The notes under the pieces were generated by a model. It ran no database searches. It had not been told where the DNA came from and worked only from the letters and a program-made list of their open reading frames with translations. Below, piece after piece: positions 10,334 through 20,047 of a stretch of 64,000 nucleotides of DNA (position 1 is the first letter of the stretch; every line of letters begins with the position of its first letter). Source of the stretch: Alphaproteobacteria bacterium (GTDB taxonomy: Bacteria; Pseudomonadota; Alphaproteobacteria; UBA6615); contig CBDHEC010000057.1 of NCBI GenBank assembly GCA_965261975.1, positions 1-64,000 of the forward strand. The letters are read 5' to 3'. A program made the translations under genes and the position numbers.

Positions 10334-10350
10334 TCTCGTGTACTTAGGTT
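10322..10350 (+). promoter_or_regulatory. Putative sigma70 promoter for the M48 protease-dsbA pair
   Basis: TTGACG-17 nt-TAGGTT, followed by SD GGAG at 10364-10367. Confidence 0.6.
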
Positions 10351-10375
10351 GATTATCGTTCCTGGAGATAGACAC

Positions 10376-11725
10376 GTGCGCCCGTTCGTTCGTTTGGTTG
10401 GCTTGATTACCGTACTTGCCGTCACGGCAAGTACGTCGGCGTTCGGACAAAACCGAAACCTCGGATTGATCCGCGACGCCGAAATTGAAAATATCATCCG
10501 CGACTATTCGACGCCAATTTTCAATGCGGCAGGCCTCGACAGCAGTGTTGTCGAAGTCCATCTCGTCAACGATCCCCGCCTCAACGCATTCGTTGCAGGC
10601 GGTCAGCGCGTCTTCATTAACACCGGTTTGCTGGTTCGCGCCAAAGGTCCCGAGGAAGTGATCGGCGTGATCGCGCATGAAACCGGTCATATCGCCGGCG
10701 GGCATCTTGCCCGCTTCCAGGATGAACTGCGCAACGCCGAGACCAAGTCGATCATTGCCGTCATCGCCGGCATCGCCGCCGGGATCGCAACAGGTGACGG
10801 TCGTGTGGCCGGCGCGATTGTCGGCGGCGGATCAAGCGCCGCCCTGACAGACCTGTTGAAATACAGCAGAACGCAGGAATCCGCCGCAGACGCAGCGGCT
10901 CTGAAATATCTCGATCAGACCGGCATATCTTCGCGTGGTCTGCTTGAATTTTTCCAGCTCCTGCAGCGTGAAATACGCCTGACAGGGGGACGCGAGCATC
11001 CCTATCTCAGCACCCACCCCTTGACCAACGACCGGATTGCAACGGTATCGGGACATCTCGCGCTGTCGCGTTTCTCGAACGCCCCGATTGCGCCCGATCT
11101 GGCGCGCAAGCATGCCTATATGCGCGCAAAACTGATCGGGTTTATGGAGCCGTTGGAGACCACGCTCAAACTTTACCCCGAAAGTCGGAAAGACATTCCG
11201 GCCCGTTACGCACGCGCAATCGGCTACTACCGCAACGCCAACATCGACGAGGCATTACCGCGGGTCAACGAACTGATCGCCGGCGATCCGGACAACCCCT
11301 ATTTCCATGAACTCAAGGGTCAGATGCTTCTCGAAAACGGGCGGGTGGAAGATTCGCTGGTGCCCTACACAAGGATGGTCGAGCTGGCGCCGAATGAGCC
11401 GTTGCTGCGAACCGGATTGGCCAAGGCGCAGGTCGAGTCCGGCAACCCCGATCTCCTTCCGTCCGCGCTCGAAAACCTGCGTGTGGCAGTTCGGCTCGAC
11501 CCGAAGATGCGTGATACCTGGCGATTGCTGACGATCGTCAACGGCCGGCTTGGAAACCAGGGGGACCTTGCACTGAGCCAGGCCGAATACTCGCTCCTCA
11601 GCGGTGATCTGAAAGCCGCACTAAAACTCGCCGAACGCGCGGTCGAAATTCTTCCGACCGGCGCCCCGGGTTGGATTCGTGCACAAGACATCGTGAGCGA
11701 GGCCAAGCGCCAACTCGACAGGTAG
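10376..11725 (+). CDS. M48 family metalloprotease with TPR region (BepA/YfgC-like)
   Basis: Signal peptide, NAFVAGG, HETGH zinc motif, YSRTQESAAD, STHP; GTG start with SD. Confidence 0.92.
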   Translation: MRPFVRLVGLITVLAVTASTSAFGQNRNLGLIRDAEIENIIRDYSTPIFNAAGLDSSVVEVHLVNDPRLNAFVAGGQRVFINTGLLVRAKGPEEVIGVIAHETGHIAGGHLARFQDELRNAETKSIIAVIAGIAAGIATGDGRVAGAIVGGGSSAALTDLLKYSRTQESAADAAALKYLDQTGISSRGLLEFFQLLQREIRLTGGREHPYLSTHPLTNDRIATVSGHLALSRFSNAPIAPDLARKHAYMRAKLIGFMEPLETTLKLYPESRKDIPARYARAIGYYRNANIDEALPRVNELIAGDPDNPYFHELKGQMLLENGRVEDSLVPYTRMVELAPNEPLLRTGLAKAQVESGNPDLLPSALENLRVAVRLDPKMRDTWRLLTIVNGRLGNQGDLALSQAEYSLLSGDLKAALKLAERAVEILPTGAPGWIRAQDIVSEAKRQLDR

Positions 11726-11849
11726 TCGTCGCAAACGGTCAACTATGCGTGACACAGCCCGCCACGACTTGAACGGCTGTCCGCTCTCCACCATCATCCG
11801 CCGCGTTGAAACCGGTCATGCCGGTCTGCTTCGGTTCAGGAGAGATATT

Positions 11850-12659
11850 GTGTCGCAATCGCGTGGAGCTTTTCTCGTTGCCCTGGTCATGGCTGCAGCC
11901 GTGGCCTTGGCGATTGTATTTCCCATCGGCTCAGAGCGGCCGACACAGATCATCACTGAATCACATGGGACGGAAACGACGTCCGGCAATACCCCTTTCA
12001 CGGCCCTTCAGAAGAACGATATTCGCAATACTGTGCGCGAGTATCTTCTCAGCAACCCTGAGGTCATTGTCGAAGCCATCGAGGCTCTGCAGGCACGGCA
12101 GCAACACAGCCGGCAACAGCAAAACCACGGCGCCATCGCGGCCAATATGGACCAGCTCGTCAACTCACGCCGCGACCCTTTCATCGGCAATCCGGATGCC
12201 TCGGTCACGGTCGTCGAGTTCTTCGACTATCAGTGCCCCTACTGCAAGCAGATGGCACGCGACCTCGCCAAGGTCGCGGCGGAAGACCCCGATGTGAAGA
12301 TTGTCTTCAAGGAGTTCCCCGTGTTCGGCCGGGAATCGACGCTGGCAGCCCGTGCCGCACTCGCATCGGCCAAGCAGGGCAAGTATGCGGAGTTCCATCT
12401 CGCGATCATGGGCTTGCGCGGCGCACCGTCGGAAAACGCGATCTTCCGGATCGCCAATCGACTTGGCATGGATCTCGAACGGCTGCGCCGTGACATGCAG
12501 TCTCCATCCATCGAAACGCAGATTCAGAGCAACCTGCAGCTCGCCCGCCAGGTCGGCGTGCGCGGCACACCGGCATTAATCGTCGGCGATCAACTGGTGC
12601 CCGGCGCCATGAGCCTTGACCAGATGCGCCAACTCATCGCCGAGAAACGCGGCAGCTAG
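11850..12659 (+). CDS. DsbA family thiol-disulfide oxidoreductase (ScsC/Com1-like)
   Basis: EFFDYQCPYCK, KEFPVFG, GVRGTP; GTG start after AGGAG. Confidence 0.92.
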   Translation: MSQSRGAFLVALVMAAAVALAIVFPIGSERPTQIITESHGTETTSGNTPFTALQKNDIRNTVREYLLSNPEVIVEAIEALQARQQHSRQQQNHGAIAANMDQLVNSRRDPFIGNPDASVTVVEFFDYQCPYCKQMARDLAKVAAEDPDVKIVFKEFPVFGRESTLAARAALASAKQGKYAEFHLAIMGLRGAPSENAIFRIANRLGMDLERLRRDMQSPSIETQIQSNLQLARQVGVRGTPALIVGDQLVPGAMSLDQMRQLIAEKRGS

Positions 12660-12666
12660 CCCCCGC

Positions 12667-13311
12667 CTACTCCGCGTCGGGCTGGTTCTCCGGCAACGCG
12701 TCACGGAACGCCGCCTCTTCGAGGCAGGCCTCGTTAATGCGCAATGCTGTCGCGAACGCCGACAGGTCGCATCCAAACCGTTGCGCGTTGTAGATCTGCG
12801 GCACGAGGCAAACATCCGCCATCGTCGGTGTGTCACCATGGCAAAAACGGCCAGCCCCACCATCGGCCAGCATACCTTCGACGCCGCGCATACCCTCATC
12901 GACCCAGTGTTTGTACCACTGTTCATTGCGGGCCTCTTCATCGAGGCCCAGCTCGGCACCCAAAAGAATCAAAACACGCAAATTGTTCAGTGGATGTATA
13001 TCGCAGGCGATCGCCTGGGACAGGGCCCGTACACGCGCACGGCCTTTCGCATCGGCTGGCAGCAGAGCTGCCGTGTCTGGTCGCGTTTCGTCGAGATACT
13101 CCATGATCGCCATCGACTGGGTCACCCGTGTACCATCGTCATCGATAAGGGTGGGCACCAACCCCTGCGGATTGACCCCAAGATAGACATCCGACGTCTG
13201 ATCCTTCTTGCGTAGATGTATGTATTCGCGCTCGGCTTCCAGGTTTTTGAGATTGAGCGCGATGCGCATACGAAACGCGGCGGACGATCGCCAGTAGTCG
13301 TAAAGCTTCAT
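12667..13311 (-). CDS. maiA: Maleylacetoacetate isomerase (GST zeta class)
   Basis: YWRSSAAFR, NPQGLVP, ACDIHPLNNLRVL motifs. Confidence 0.93.
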   Translation of the reverse strand: MKLYDYWRSSAAFRMRIALNLKNLEAEREYIHLRKKDQTSDVYLGVNPQGLVPTLIDDDGTRVTQSMAIMEYLDETRPDTAALLPADAKGRARVRALSQAIACDIHPLNNLRVLILLGAELGLDEEARNEQWYKHWVDEGMRGVEGMLADGGAGRFCHGDTPTMADVCLVPQIYNAQRFGCDLSAFATALRINEACLEEAAFRDALPENQPDAE

Positions 13312-13336
13312 AATTCCTTCTCCCGGTTCTCGTCGG

Positions 13337-15250
13337 CTAGCTGCTCAAGTTTCGGATTGTCAGGTCGGGCAGATCGTCTGCAGGTTCGAACCCGAATATT
13401 CGCCCATAGAACCCCAACTCCGATTCCAGCGCACGCGTCACATTCTCGGCCTTGCGAAATCCGTGGCCCTCACCCTCAAACAGGACATACGCAACGGGGA
13501 TGCCTTTCCGGTCAAGAGCATCGACCATCGCCTCGGCCTGGTTGGGCGGCACGACCTTGTCGTCCTCACCCTGCAGGAAAATCACCGGGCAATTCAACGC
13601 GTCCACATGCTCTATCGGCGAACGGTCACGATAGACCTGTTCGGTCTCGGGCAGCGGCCCGATCAATAGATCCAGATAGCGGCTTTCAAACTTGTGCGTA
13701 TCGCGCGCGAGCGTCATCAGGTCGCCGATCCCGTAGAGGCTTGCCCCGCCGGAGAAGGTGTCGCGAAACGCAAGTGCGGCAAGCGCCGTATATCCGCCAG
13801 CACTCCCGCCGCGAATAGCCAGACGGGACGTATCCGCCAGCCCTGATGACACCAGATGCTCTGCGCCATGGACCATGTCGTCCACATCTGCTTCCCCCCA
13901 TCGCCCGTAGAGGGCTTCGCGGTAGGGCCGTCCAAAGCCGGTACTCCCGCGATAATTCACATCCAGGACGGCGAAACCCCGGCTGGTCCAGAATTGGATG
14001 GCAACGCTAAAGGACGGCGACGTCGCGCCGGTCGGCCCGCCATGGCCGCGCACAATTAGCGGCGGACTTTCGCCCGGCGCCGCCGCGGTCGTGGCGCTGC
14101 AAGGCGGATAGTAGAACCCGTATGCCGTGTCTCCGTCGGTGGTTTCAAAGGAGATGGCTTCGGGCACAGACAGTCCCGCCGGGTCGAGATCGACAGTGAA
14201 AGACGACTGAAGTGTCTCGGTTGACCCTGTCTCGGGGTCCAGAAGAAGAACCGCTGACGCCGCGTCAGCCGAAGCGCCGATGAAAACAATCTTGTCATTC
14301 GCCCATTGGGGCGTGGATATATCGGTCCAGGGCAGGTCGATGTCATGAAGCCCGTTTGCTTCAATGCACGCGAGTTGCCACGCACCATTGCGCGTGTAGG
14401 CCGTCACAATGCGTCCCGACGGTCCGATATCGAAAGTCCGCATGCCGAAGCCCCACTGGGGAAGACCAAATTCCGCCTCCATGGGTTCGATGCACGACAC
14501 ATCTTTTCCATCCCAACGATGCAGATTCCACCAACCCTTGTGGTCCGCGGCAAAAACCAGCGCGCCGTCCGGCGTCCACATCGGCTGGAACACGGAGATG
14601 CCGTCGCCACCGGCTAACTTCCGGGCAGCGCCGAGCGCGCCGTCGGCTCCGAAGTCCGCTACCCAGACGGCGGCTGAATCCCAGGGCATATCGGGCAGCT
14701 CCCAACTCACCCAGCTCAGTGTCTTCCCATCCGGTGATACCCGCGGATTCGAGACAAAATCATGGCCATCCACAAGAATTGTGCTGTCACCCGAGACCAG
14801 ATCAACGGCAATCAGTTCATTGACCACCCCATCGCCGACATGGCGCTCACGGATGCACAGAATGCGCTGACGTCGTTCATCGTGGAACATATCCGCATGA
14901 CGATCGCCGGTATCGGCCGTAATCGTTTCAGGCTGACCGCCACCAACCAGTCGATAAATTCTCTGGTCTTCAAAATTCACGAAGAAGACCACCCCACCCG
15001 ATACAATCGCAGCGCCGCCGCCATATTCGTGTACACGCGAGCGCGCGGAATATCCCTCGGGAAGAACATCGACCGGCCCTGCACCGGTCTGCCGCACCAG
15101 GACAACCCGCCCACCTTCGCGCGGGCGCCCCTCCAGCCAGTAGATGTCGTCGCCATCCACCAGCAAACTCGACAGCGATATTGTTGTGTCGGCGATCATC
15201 CCCGCCGTGATCGGCGAAGACCAGGTGCCATAAGGTGCGCTGGTGGTCAT
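13337..15250 (-). CDS. S9 family (prolyl oligopeptidase-like) peptidase
   Basis: APYGTWSSPI start, HGGPT, GGSAGG nucleophile, EGHGF; ATGA overlap with the mgtE stop. Confidence 0.93.
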   Translation of the reverse strand: MTTSAPYGTWSSPITAGMIADTTISLSSLLVDGDDIYWLEGRPREGGRVVLVRQTGAGPVDVLPEGYSARSRVHEYGGGAAIVSGGVVFFVNFEDQRIYRLVGGGQPETITADTGDRHADMFHDERRQRILCIRERHVGDGVVNELIAVDLVSGDSTILVDGHDFVSNPRVSPDGKTLSWVSWELPDMPWDSAAVWVADFGADGALGAARKLAGGDGISVFQPMWTPDGALVFAADHKGWWNLHRWDGKDVSCIEPMEAEFGLPQWGFGMRTFDIGPSGRIVTAYTRNGAWQLACIEANGLHDIDLPWTDISTPQWANDKIVFIGASADAASAVLLLDPETGSTETLQSSFTVDLDPAGLSVPEAISFETTDGDTAYGFYYPPCSATTAAAPGESPPLIVRGHGGPTGATSPSFSVAIQFWTSRGFAVLDVNYRGSTGFGRPYREALYGRWGEADVDDMVHGAEHLVSSGLADTSRLAIRGGSAGGYTALAALAFRDTFSGGASLYGIGDLMTLARDTHKFESRYLDLLIGPLPETEQVYRDRSPIEHVDALNCPVIFLQGEDDKVVPPNQAEAMVDALDRKGIPVAYVLFEGEGHGFRKAENVTRALESELGFYGRIFGFEPADDLPDLTIRNLSS

Positions 15251-16644
15251 AGCAAGACGAGCGCCGCGAGACCGAGAAACGAGACAAACCCAACGACATC
15301 CGTAATCGTTGTCAGGACGACGGCCGACCCGACAGCGGGGTCGATACGCATTCGTTCCAGCGCGAGGGGAATGGTCACACCTGCAAATCCCGCGATAAGC
15401 AAATTGAAGACCATCGCCGCTGCGATGATGAAACCGATTGCCGGTTCGCCGAACCACAGCCAGGCGACGATCCCCATCACAAAGGCGAACAGCATGCCGT
15501 TGATTCCGCCGACGATTACTTCCTTGCCCACAATTCGTGCCGCGTTGGCTGGCGTGAGCTCCTTCATTGCCAACGCGCGCACGGCCACAGTCAACGTCTG
15601 TGTGCCTGCATTGCCGCCCATTGAGGCGACAATCGGCATCAATATGGCCAGCGCCACCACTTGCTCAATCGCCGCGTCGAACAGGCCGATGACAAGTGAC
15701 GCGGTGATCGCCGTTCCCAGATTGGCCAGCAGCCAGGAAAAACGCGCGCGCGTGGTGTCCAGAACCGCTTCGTAAAAATCATCCTCCCGCACACCACCCA
15801 AACGCAGGATATCTTCCTCCGCCTCTTCGTGAATGACATGCACGATATCATCCGCCGTGATGACCCCGACCAGCTGCCCCTCGTCATTCACCACAGGTGC
15901 CGACAGCAATGCATATTGACGAAACATCAAGGCCGCCTCTTCCTGATCCATCTCGATATGCGCCGAGCGAAGGTCTGTCAGCATGATGTCGTCGATACGC
16001 ACGTCACGCTGATTTCGCATGAGCCGGGACAGGGGAATCGTGCCAACCGGATGCCGGTCGTCATCCACAACATAGATTTCATAGAAATCGCGCGGCAGGT
16101 CCGCGGCGCGCTTGCGCATATAGTCGATGCTGTTGCCCACGGACCAGTTTTTGGGAACGGTCACCAGCTCGTGCTGCATCAGGCGGCCCGCGCTGTCTTC
16201 AGGATAGGTCAGCGCCTGCTCAACGAGCGCCCGATCAGACGGCGACAATCGCGCGAGAACGCTGGCCTGGTTCGCCTCTGCGACATCCTCAAAAACGTCG
16301 ATCGCGTCATCGGTCTCGAGTTCGGTGATCGCGGCGGCGACCTCGGCCGGCTCGAGTTGCTCGAGGACATCCTCGCGGACCACATCATCCAGGTGGGTCA
16401 GCAGTTCCGGGTCCAGGCGATCACGCACATGATCGAACAGAATCCGGCGACTGTCCGCGCTCAATTCCTCGAGGAGGTCGGCCAGATCGGAAGCGTGAAG
16501 CCCCTCGATCATCCCATCCAGTTCGTCGACCCGTCCTACCGACAGGGCAATTTCACAGGTGCGCACCAGCGTTTCGTCGACGCCATAGCTGCGCTCGGTC
16601 TCGTGACCGGGCGTGGCATCGACAATGTCGGGCGGGTGGGTCAA
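15247..16644 (-). CDS. mgtE: Magnesium transporter MgtE
   Basis: N-domain, CBS pair (SAGRLM), MGGNAGTQ, IDPA, TTITD. Confidence 0.95.
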   Translation of the reverse strand: MTHPPDIVDATPGHETERSYGVDETLVRTCEIALSVGRVDELDGMIEGLHASDLADLLEELSADSRRILFDHVRDRLDPELLTHLDDVVREDVLEQLEPAEVAAAITELETDDAIDVFEDVAEANQASVLARLSPSDRALVEQALTYPEDSAGRLMQHELVTVPKNWSVGNSIDYMRKRAADLPRDFYEIYVVDDDRHPVGTIPLSRLMRNQRDVRIDDIMLTDLRSAHIEMDQEEAALMFRQYALLSAPVVNDEGQLVGVITADDIVHVIHEEAEEDILRLGGVREDDFYEAVLDTTRARFSWLLANLGTAITASLVIGLFDAAIEQVVALAILMPIVASMGGNAGTQTLTVAVRALAMKELTPANAARIVGKEVIVGGINGMLFAFVMGIVAWLWFGEPAIGFIIAAAMVFNLLIAGFAGVTIPLALERMRIDPAVGSAVVLTTITDVVGFVSFLGLAALVLL

Positions 16645-16650
16645 AGGCGT

Positions 16651-18933
16651 CTAGTCCTTCACCTGGGCATCATACTGCGCGCCGACGGCTGCGACCGCGC
16701 TCATGTTCAGAATGCCACGCGCCGTGACAGACGGTGTCAGGACATGCGCGGACCGTTCCGCACCCACCAGAATGGGGCCTACCGCGAGACCATCCGCCAA
16801 CGTTTTCAACAGGTTGAAGGCTATATTCGCAGCGTCCTGGTCCGGCATGACCAGCAGGTTTGCCTGCCCTTCGAGAACGCTGTTGGGGAAAATTCGTGCC
16901 CGAATACCGGGATCGATCGCGGCATCCGCATGCATCTCCCCTTCAACCTGAAGATCCGGGTCGCGTTCATGCACCAGCTTGCGCGCTTCACGCATTTTCT
17001 GGGCAGATTCCGAACTCGAACTGCCGAAATTCGAGTGCGAGAGCAACGCCACCTTGGGGACCAATCCGAACCGCCGCACTTCCTCTGCCGCGAGATGGGT
17101 CATTTCGGCGATTTCCTCGACCTTCGGATTGGGTGTGACATATGTGTCGGTGATGAAAATCGTGCCCTTTGAAAGAATGAGCACCGAAACTGCCGAAAGG
17201 TCCTGCACACCATCACGCAGACCGACGACATTCTGCACATGCTGTAGGTGACGGTCGTATCGCCCCTCTGTGCCACAAATCATCGCATCCGCATCGCCGC
17301 GCATCAGCGCCAACGCGGCGATCACCGTCGCGTTTGTGCGCACACGTGTCCTCGCCTCGTCGGGTGATACGCCCTTTCGCTCCGCCAGGCTGTGATAAAG
17401 CTTCCAGTAATCGCGATAACGCGGATCATCCTGCGGGTTGATGATCTCGCAATCCTCGCCCGGCTTGAAATTGAGGCCAAGGCGTTCAACCCGGCGCTGC
17501 ACGATTTTGGGACGACCGATCAGAATGGGAATACCGACCCCTTCGTCGATCACTGCCTTGGCGGCACGCAGGACCCGCTCATCCTCGCCTTCGGCATAGA
17601 CAATCCGCTTCAGGTCGGCGCGCGCCTGATCGAAGATCGGCCGCATCAGAAGCCCCGAGCGGAAAACGAAACGATCCAACTTCTCAAGATAGGCGTCGAA
17701 ATCCTCGATCGACCGCGTCGCGACACCACTCTCCATGGCGGCCCGCGCCACCGCCGGCGCGACTTCGCTTATCAGTCGCGGATCGAACGGGCTCGGGATA
17801 ATCGAATCGGCGCCGAACTTCGCCACCTGGCCGCCATAGGCCGATGCCACGACATCCGACGTTTCCCGCATCGCCAAATCTGCAATGGCATCCACTGCGG
17901 CGACCTTCATTTCCTCATTGATATCGGTCGCGCCCACATCCAATGCGCCACGGAAGATGTGAGGGAAACACAGCACATTGTTGACCTGGTTGGGATAATC
18001 GGACCGGCCGCTGGCGATGATCGCATCCGGACGCGCCGCCTTGGCGTCTTCGGGCAGAATTTCCGGGTTCGGGTTTGCCAGCGCGAAAATCAGCGGCGTG
18101 TCCGCCATCCTCTTCACCATCTCCTGGGTCAGAACGCCGGGTGCCGACAAACCGAGAAAGATGTTCGCGCCGTCTATTGCATCGGCCAACGTCCGTGCAT
18201 CTGTGTCCTGCGCATAAGCCTCGAGATAGGCGTTCATGCCCTTCTCGCGGCCCTTGTAGACCACACCCTCGATATCCGTGAGCGTCACATTCTCTTTCGG
18301 CAGGCCCATCTCAACCAGCAGGTTGACGCAGGCGAGAGCCGCCGCGCCGGCGCCGGACGTCACGAGACGCGCCGTCGCGATGTCCTGGCCGGCGAGGCGA
18401 AGACCGTTCCGGACAGCTGCACCCACGATGATCGCTGTACCGTGCTGATCGTCATGGAAAACGGGAATATTCATGCGTTCGCGCAACCGCTTCTCGATCT
18501 CGAAGCACTCCGGCGCCTTGATGTCCTCAAGGTTGATCCCACCGAAGGTGGGCTCGAGCGCGGCGACGATATCGACGAACCGCTCGACGTCGGTCTCATC
18601 CACCTCGATGTCGAACACATCGATATCCGCAAACTTCTTGAACAGGACCCCTTTGCCTTCCATCACAGGCTTGGAGGCCAGCGGGCCAATCGCACCGAGG
18701 CCAAGCACAGCCGTGCCATTCGTCACCACGCCGACCAGGTTTCCCCTGACGGTGACCTCTGCGGCCATCGCCGGATCTTCAGAGATCGCCAGGGATGCCT
18801 GCGCGACACCGGGCGTATACGCACGCGAGAGGTCGCGCTGGTTGCCCAGCGGCTTGGATGCGACGACTTCTATTTTGCCGGGGCGCCCTTCGCGGTGATA
18901 CCGCAGGGAAGCTTCGCGAATATCTTCGGCCAT
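16651..18933 (-). CDS. maeB: NADP-dependent malic enzyme with PTA-like domain
   Basis: [29 protein letters not shown] and a C-terminal PTA-like domain; ATG 18933 after GGGGAG. Confidence 0.95.
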   Translation of the reverse strand: MAEDIREASLRYHREGRPGKIEVVASKPLGNQRDLSRAYTPGVAQASLAISEDPAMAAEVTVRGNLVGVVTNGTAVLGLGAIGPLASKPVMEGKGVLFKKFADIDVFDIEVDETDVERFVDIVAALEPTFGGINLEDIKAPECFEIEKRLRERMNIPVFHDDQHGTAIIVGAAVRNGLRLAGQDIATARLVTSGAGAAALACVNLLVEMGLPKENVTLTDIEGVVYKGREKGMNAYLEAYAQDTDARTLADAIDGANIFLGLSAPGVLTQEMVKRMADTPLIFALANPNPEILPEDAKAARPDAIIASGRSDYPNQVNNVLCFPHIFRGALDVGATDINEEMKVAAVDAIADLAMRETSDVVASAYGGQVAKFGADSIIPSPFDPRLISEVAPAVARAAMESGVATRSIEDFDAYLEKLDRFVFRSGLLMRPIFDQARADLKRIVYAEGEDERVLRAAKAVIDEGVGIPILIGRPKIVQRRVERLGLNFKPGEDCEIINPQDDPRYRDYWKLYHSLAERKGVSPDEARTRVRTNATVIAALALMRGDADAMICGTEGRYDRHLQHVQNVVGLRDGVQDLSAVSVLILSKGTIFITDTYVTPNPKVEEIAEMTHLAAEEVRRFGLVPKVALLSHSNFGSSSSESAQKMREARKLVHERDPDLQVEGEMHADAAIDPGIRARIFPNSVLEGQANLLVMPDQDAANIAFNLLKTLADGLAVGPILVGAERSAHVLTPSVTARGILNMSAVAAVGAQYDAQVKD

Positions 18934-19082
18934 GACATTTCTCCCCATCGCTCGGGCGCATCTACCGAAGGTGATTGATCCGCGCTGAACTGGTTAATGT
19001 GTTAGATGCGTGATCCGCTTGCGGGTGGCAACCGGAAATCAAGCAATACCATGAGAACACGCGTATATTTCAGCTTTGTAAA

Positions 19083-19760
19083 ATGCGCGAAACAATGACA
19101 ATTCCCAACCTGAAGCGGGCATCCCCCGAAACCGTCGTCTGGCAGAGCGCTGCGGGGCTGCAGCCCTACGACCAGGCAGTATCGACGATGGAAGCGCGGG
19201 TCGAGGCCATTCGCCACGGCGAGGCCGACGAATTGGTGTGGCTCGTCGAACACCCGCCACTCTACAGCGCCGGCACGAGCGCCAAACCGGATGACCTGCT
19301 CGATGTCGACCGCTTCCCGGTCTACGAAACCGGCCGCGGCGGGCAGTACACTTATCATGGCCCGGGGCAGCGCGTGGCCTACGCCATGATCGACCTGCGC
19401 GAACGCGGCCAGGATCTGCGCGCCTATGTGCGCGGGCTTGAAGCCTGGGTCATCGAGACCCTTTCAACATTCGGAATCAACGGCGAGCGCCGGGAAGGAC
19501 GCGTGGGCATCTGGGTCGCTCATGACAACGGCCGGGAAGACAAAATCGCCGCCATCGGCGTGCGTGTGCGCCATTGGGTTACCTATCACGGTATTTCCAT
19601 CAACGTGTCACCTGACCTGGAGCATTTCTCCGGCATCGTGCCCTGCGGCATCGGCGAGGAACATCTCGGGGTTACCAGCCTTGCCGACCTGGGCGTCGAC
19701 GCGAGCATGGAAGATGTCGACGCGGCGCTGAAGGCGAGCTTCACGAAGATATTCGGCTAG
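19083..19760 (+). CDS. lipB: Lipoyl(octanoyl) transferase
   Basis: [30 protein letters not shown]. Confidence 0.96.
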   Translation: MRETMTIPNLKRASPETVVWQSAAGLQPYDQAVSTMEARVEAIRHGEADELVWLVEHPPLYSAGTSAKPDDLLDVDRFPVYETGRGGQYTYHGPGQRVAYAMIDLRERGQDLRAYVRGLEAWVIETLSTFGINGERREGRVGIWVAHDNGREDKIAAIGVRVRHWVTYHGISINVSPDLEHFSGIVPCGIGEEHLGVTSLADLGVDASMEDVDAALKASFTKIFG

Positions 19761-20047
19761 GCCGTCGGCTTCTTGCCAAATCCGGTGCCGATCAAAGGAT
19801 CGGCCGCGATGCGTTCTTCCACCACCGATTCCACCTCGGCGGCGGGCGGCCCCTCGCGACAGCTATTTATCATGCGATCAATGACAGGCTCCGGGCCGGC
19901 AAAAACGGCCTCGACGGTGCCGTCAGATCGGTTTCGCACCCAGCCATCCAGACACAAGTCCCGCGCCACATTCTCCGTCCAGGCGCGAAACCAGACGCCC
20001 TGGACGCGACCGCGGATGACGACCCGCACCGCAACGGTCTCGGCCAT
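19757..20047 (-). CDS. acyP: Acylphosphatase
   Basis: [21 protein letters not shown]. Confidence 0.93.
   Translation of the reverse strand: MAETVAVRVVIRGRVQGVWFRAWTENVARDLCLDGWVRNRSDGTVEAVFAGPEPVIDRMINSCREGPPAAEVESVVEERIAADPLIGTGFGKKPTA

Noticed and set aside
10334-10705. N-terminal extension of the 639-aa GGT-like ORF
   Set aside because: Overlaps the M48 gene on the other strand; the lipoprotein signal begins at 10333.
18934-19082. Possible tRNA or sRNA between maeB and lipB
   Set aside because: No cloverleaf or T-loop motif; looks like a divergent promoter region.
19757-19760. lipB and acyP share CTAG as both stop codons
   Set aside because: Common convergent overlap with no further signal.
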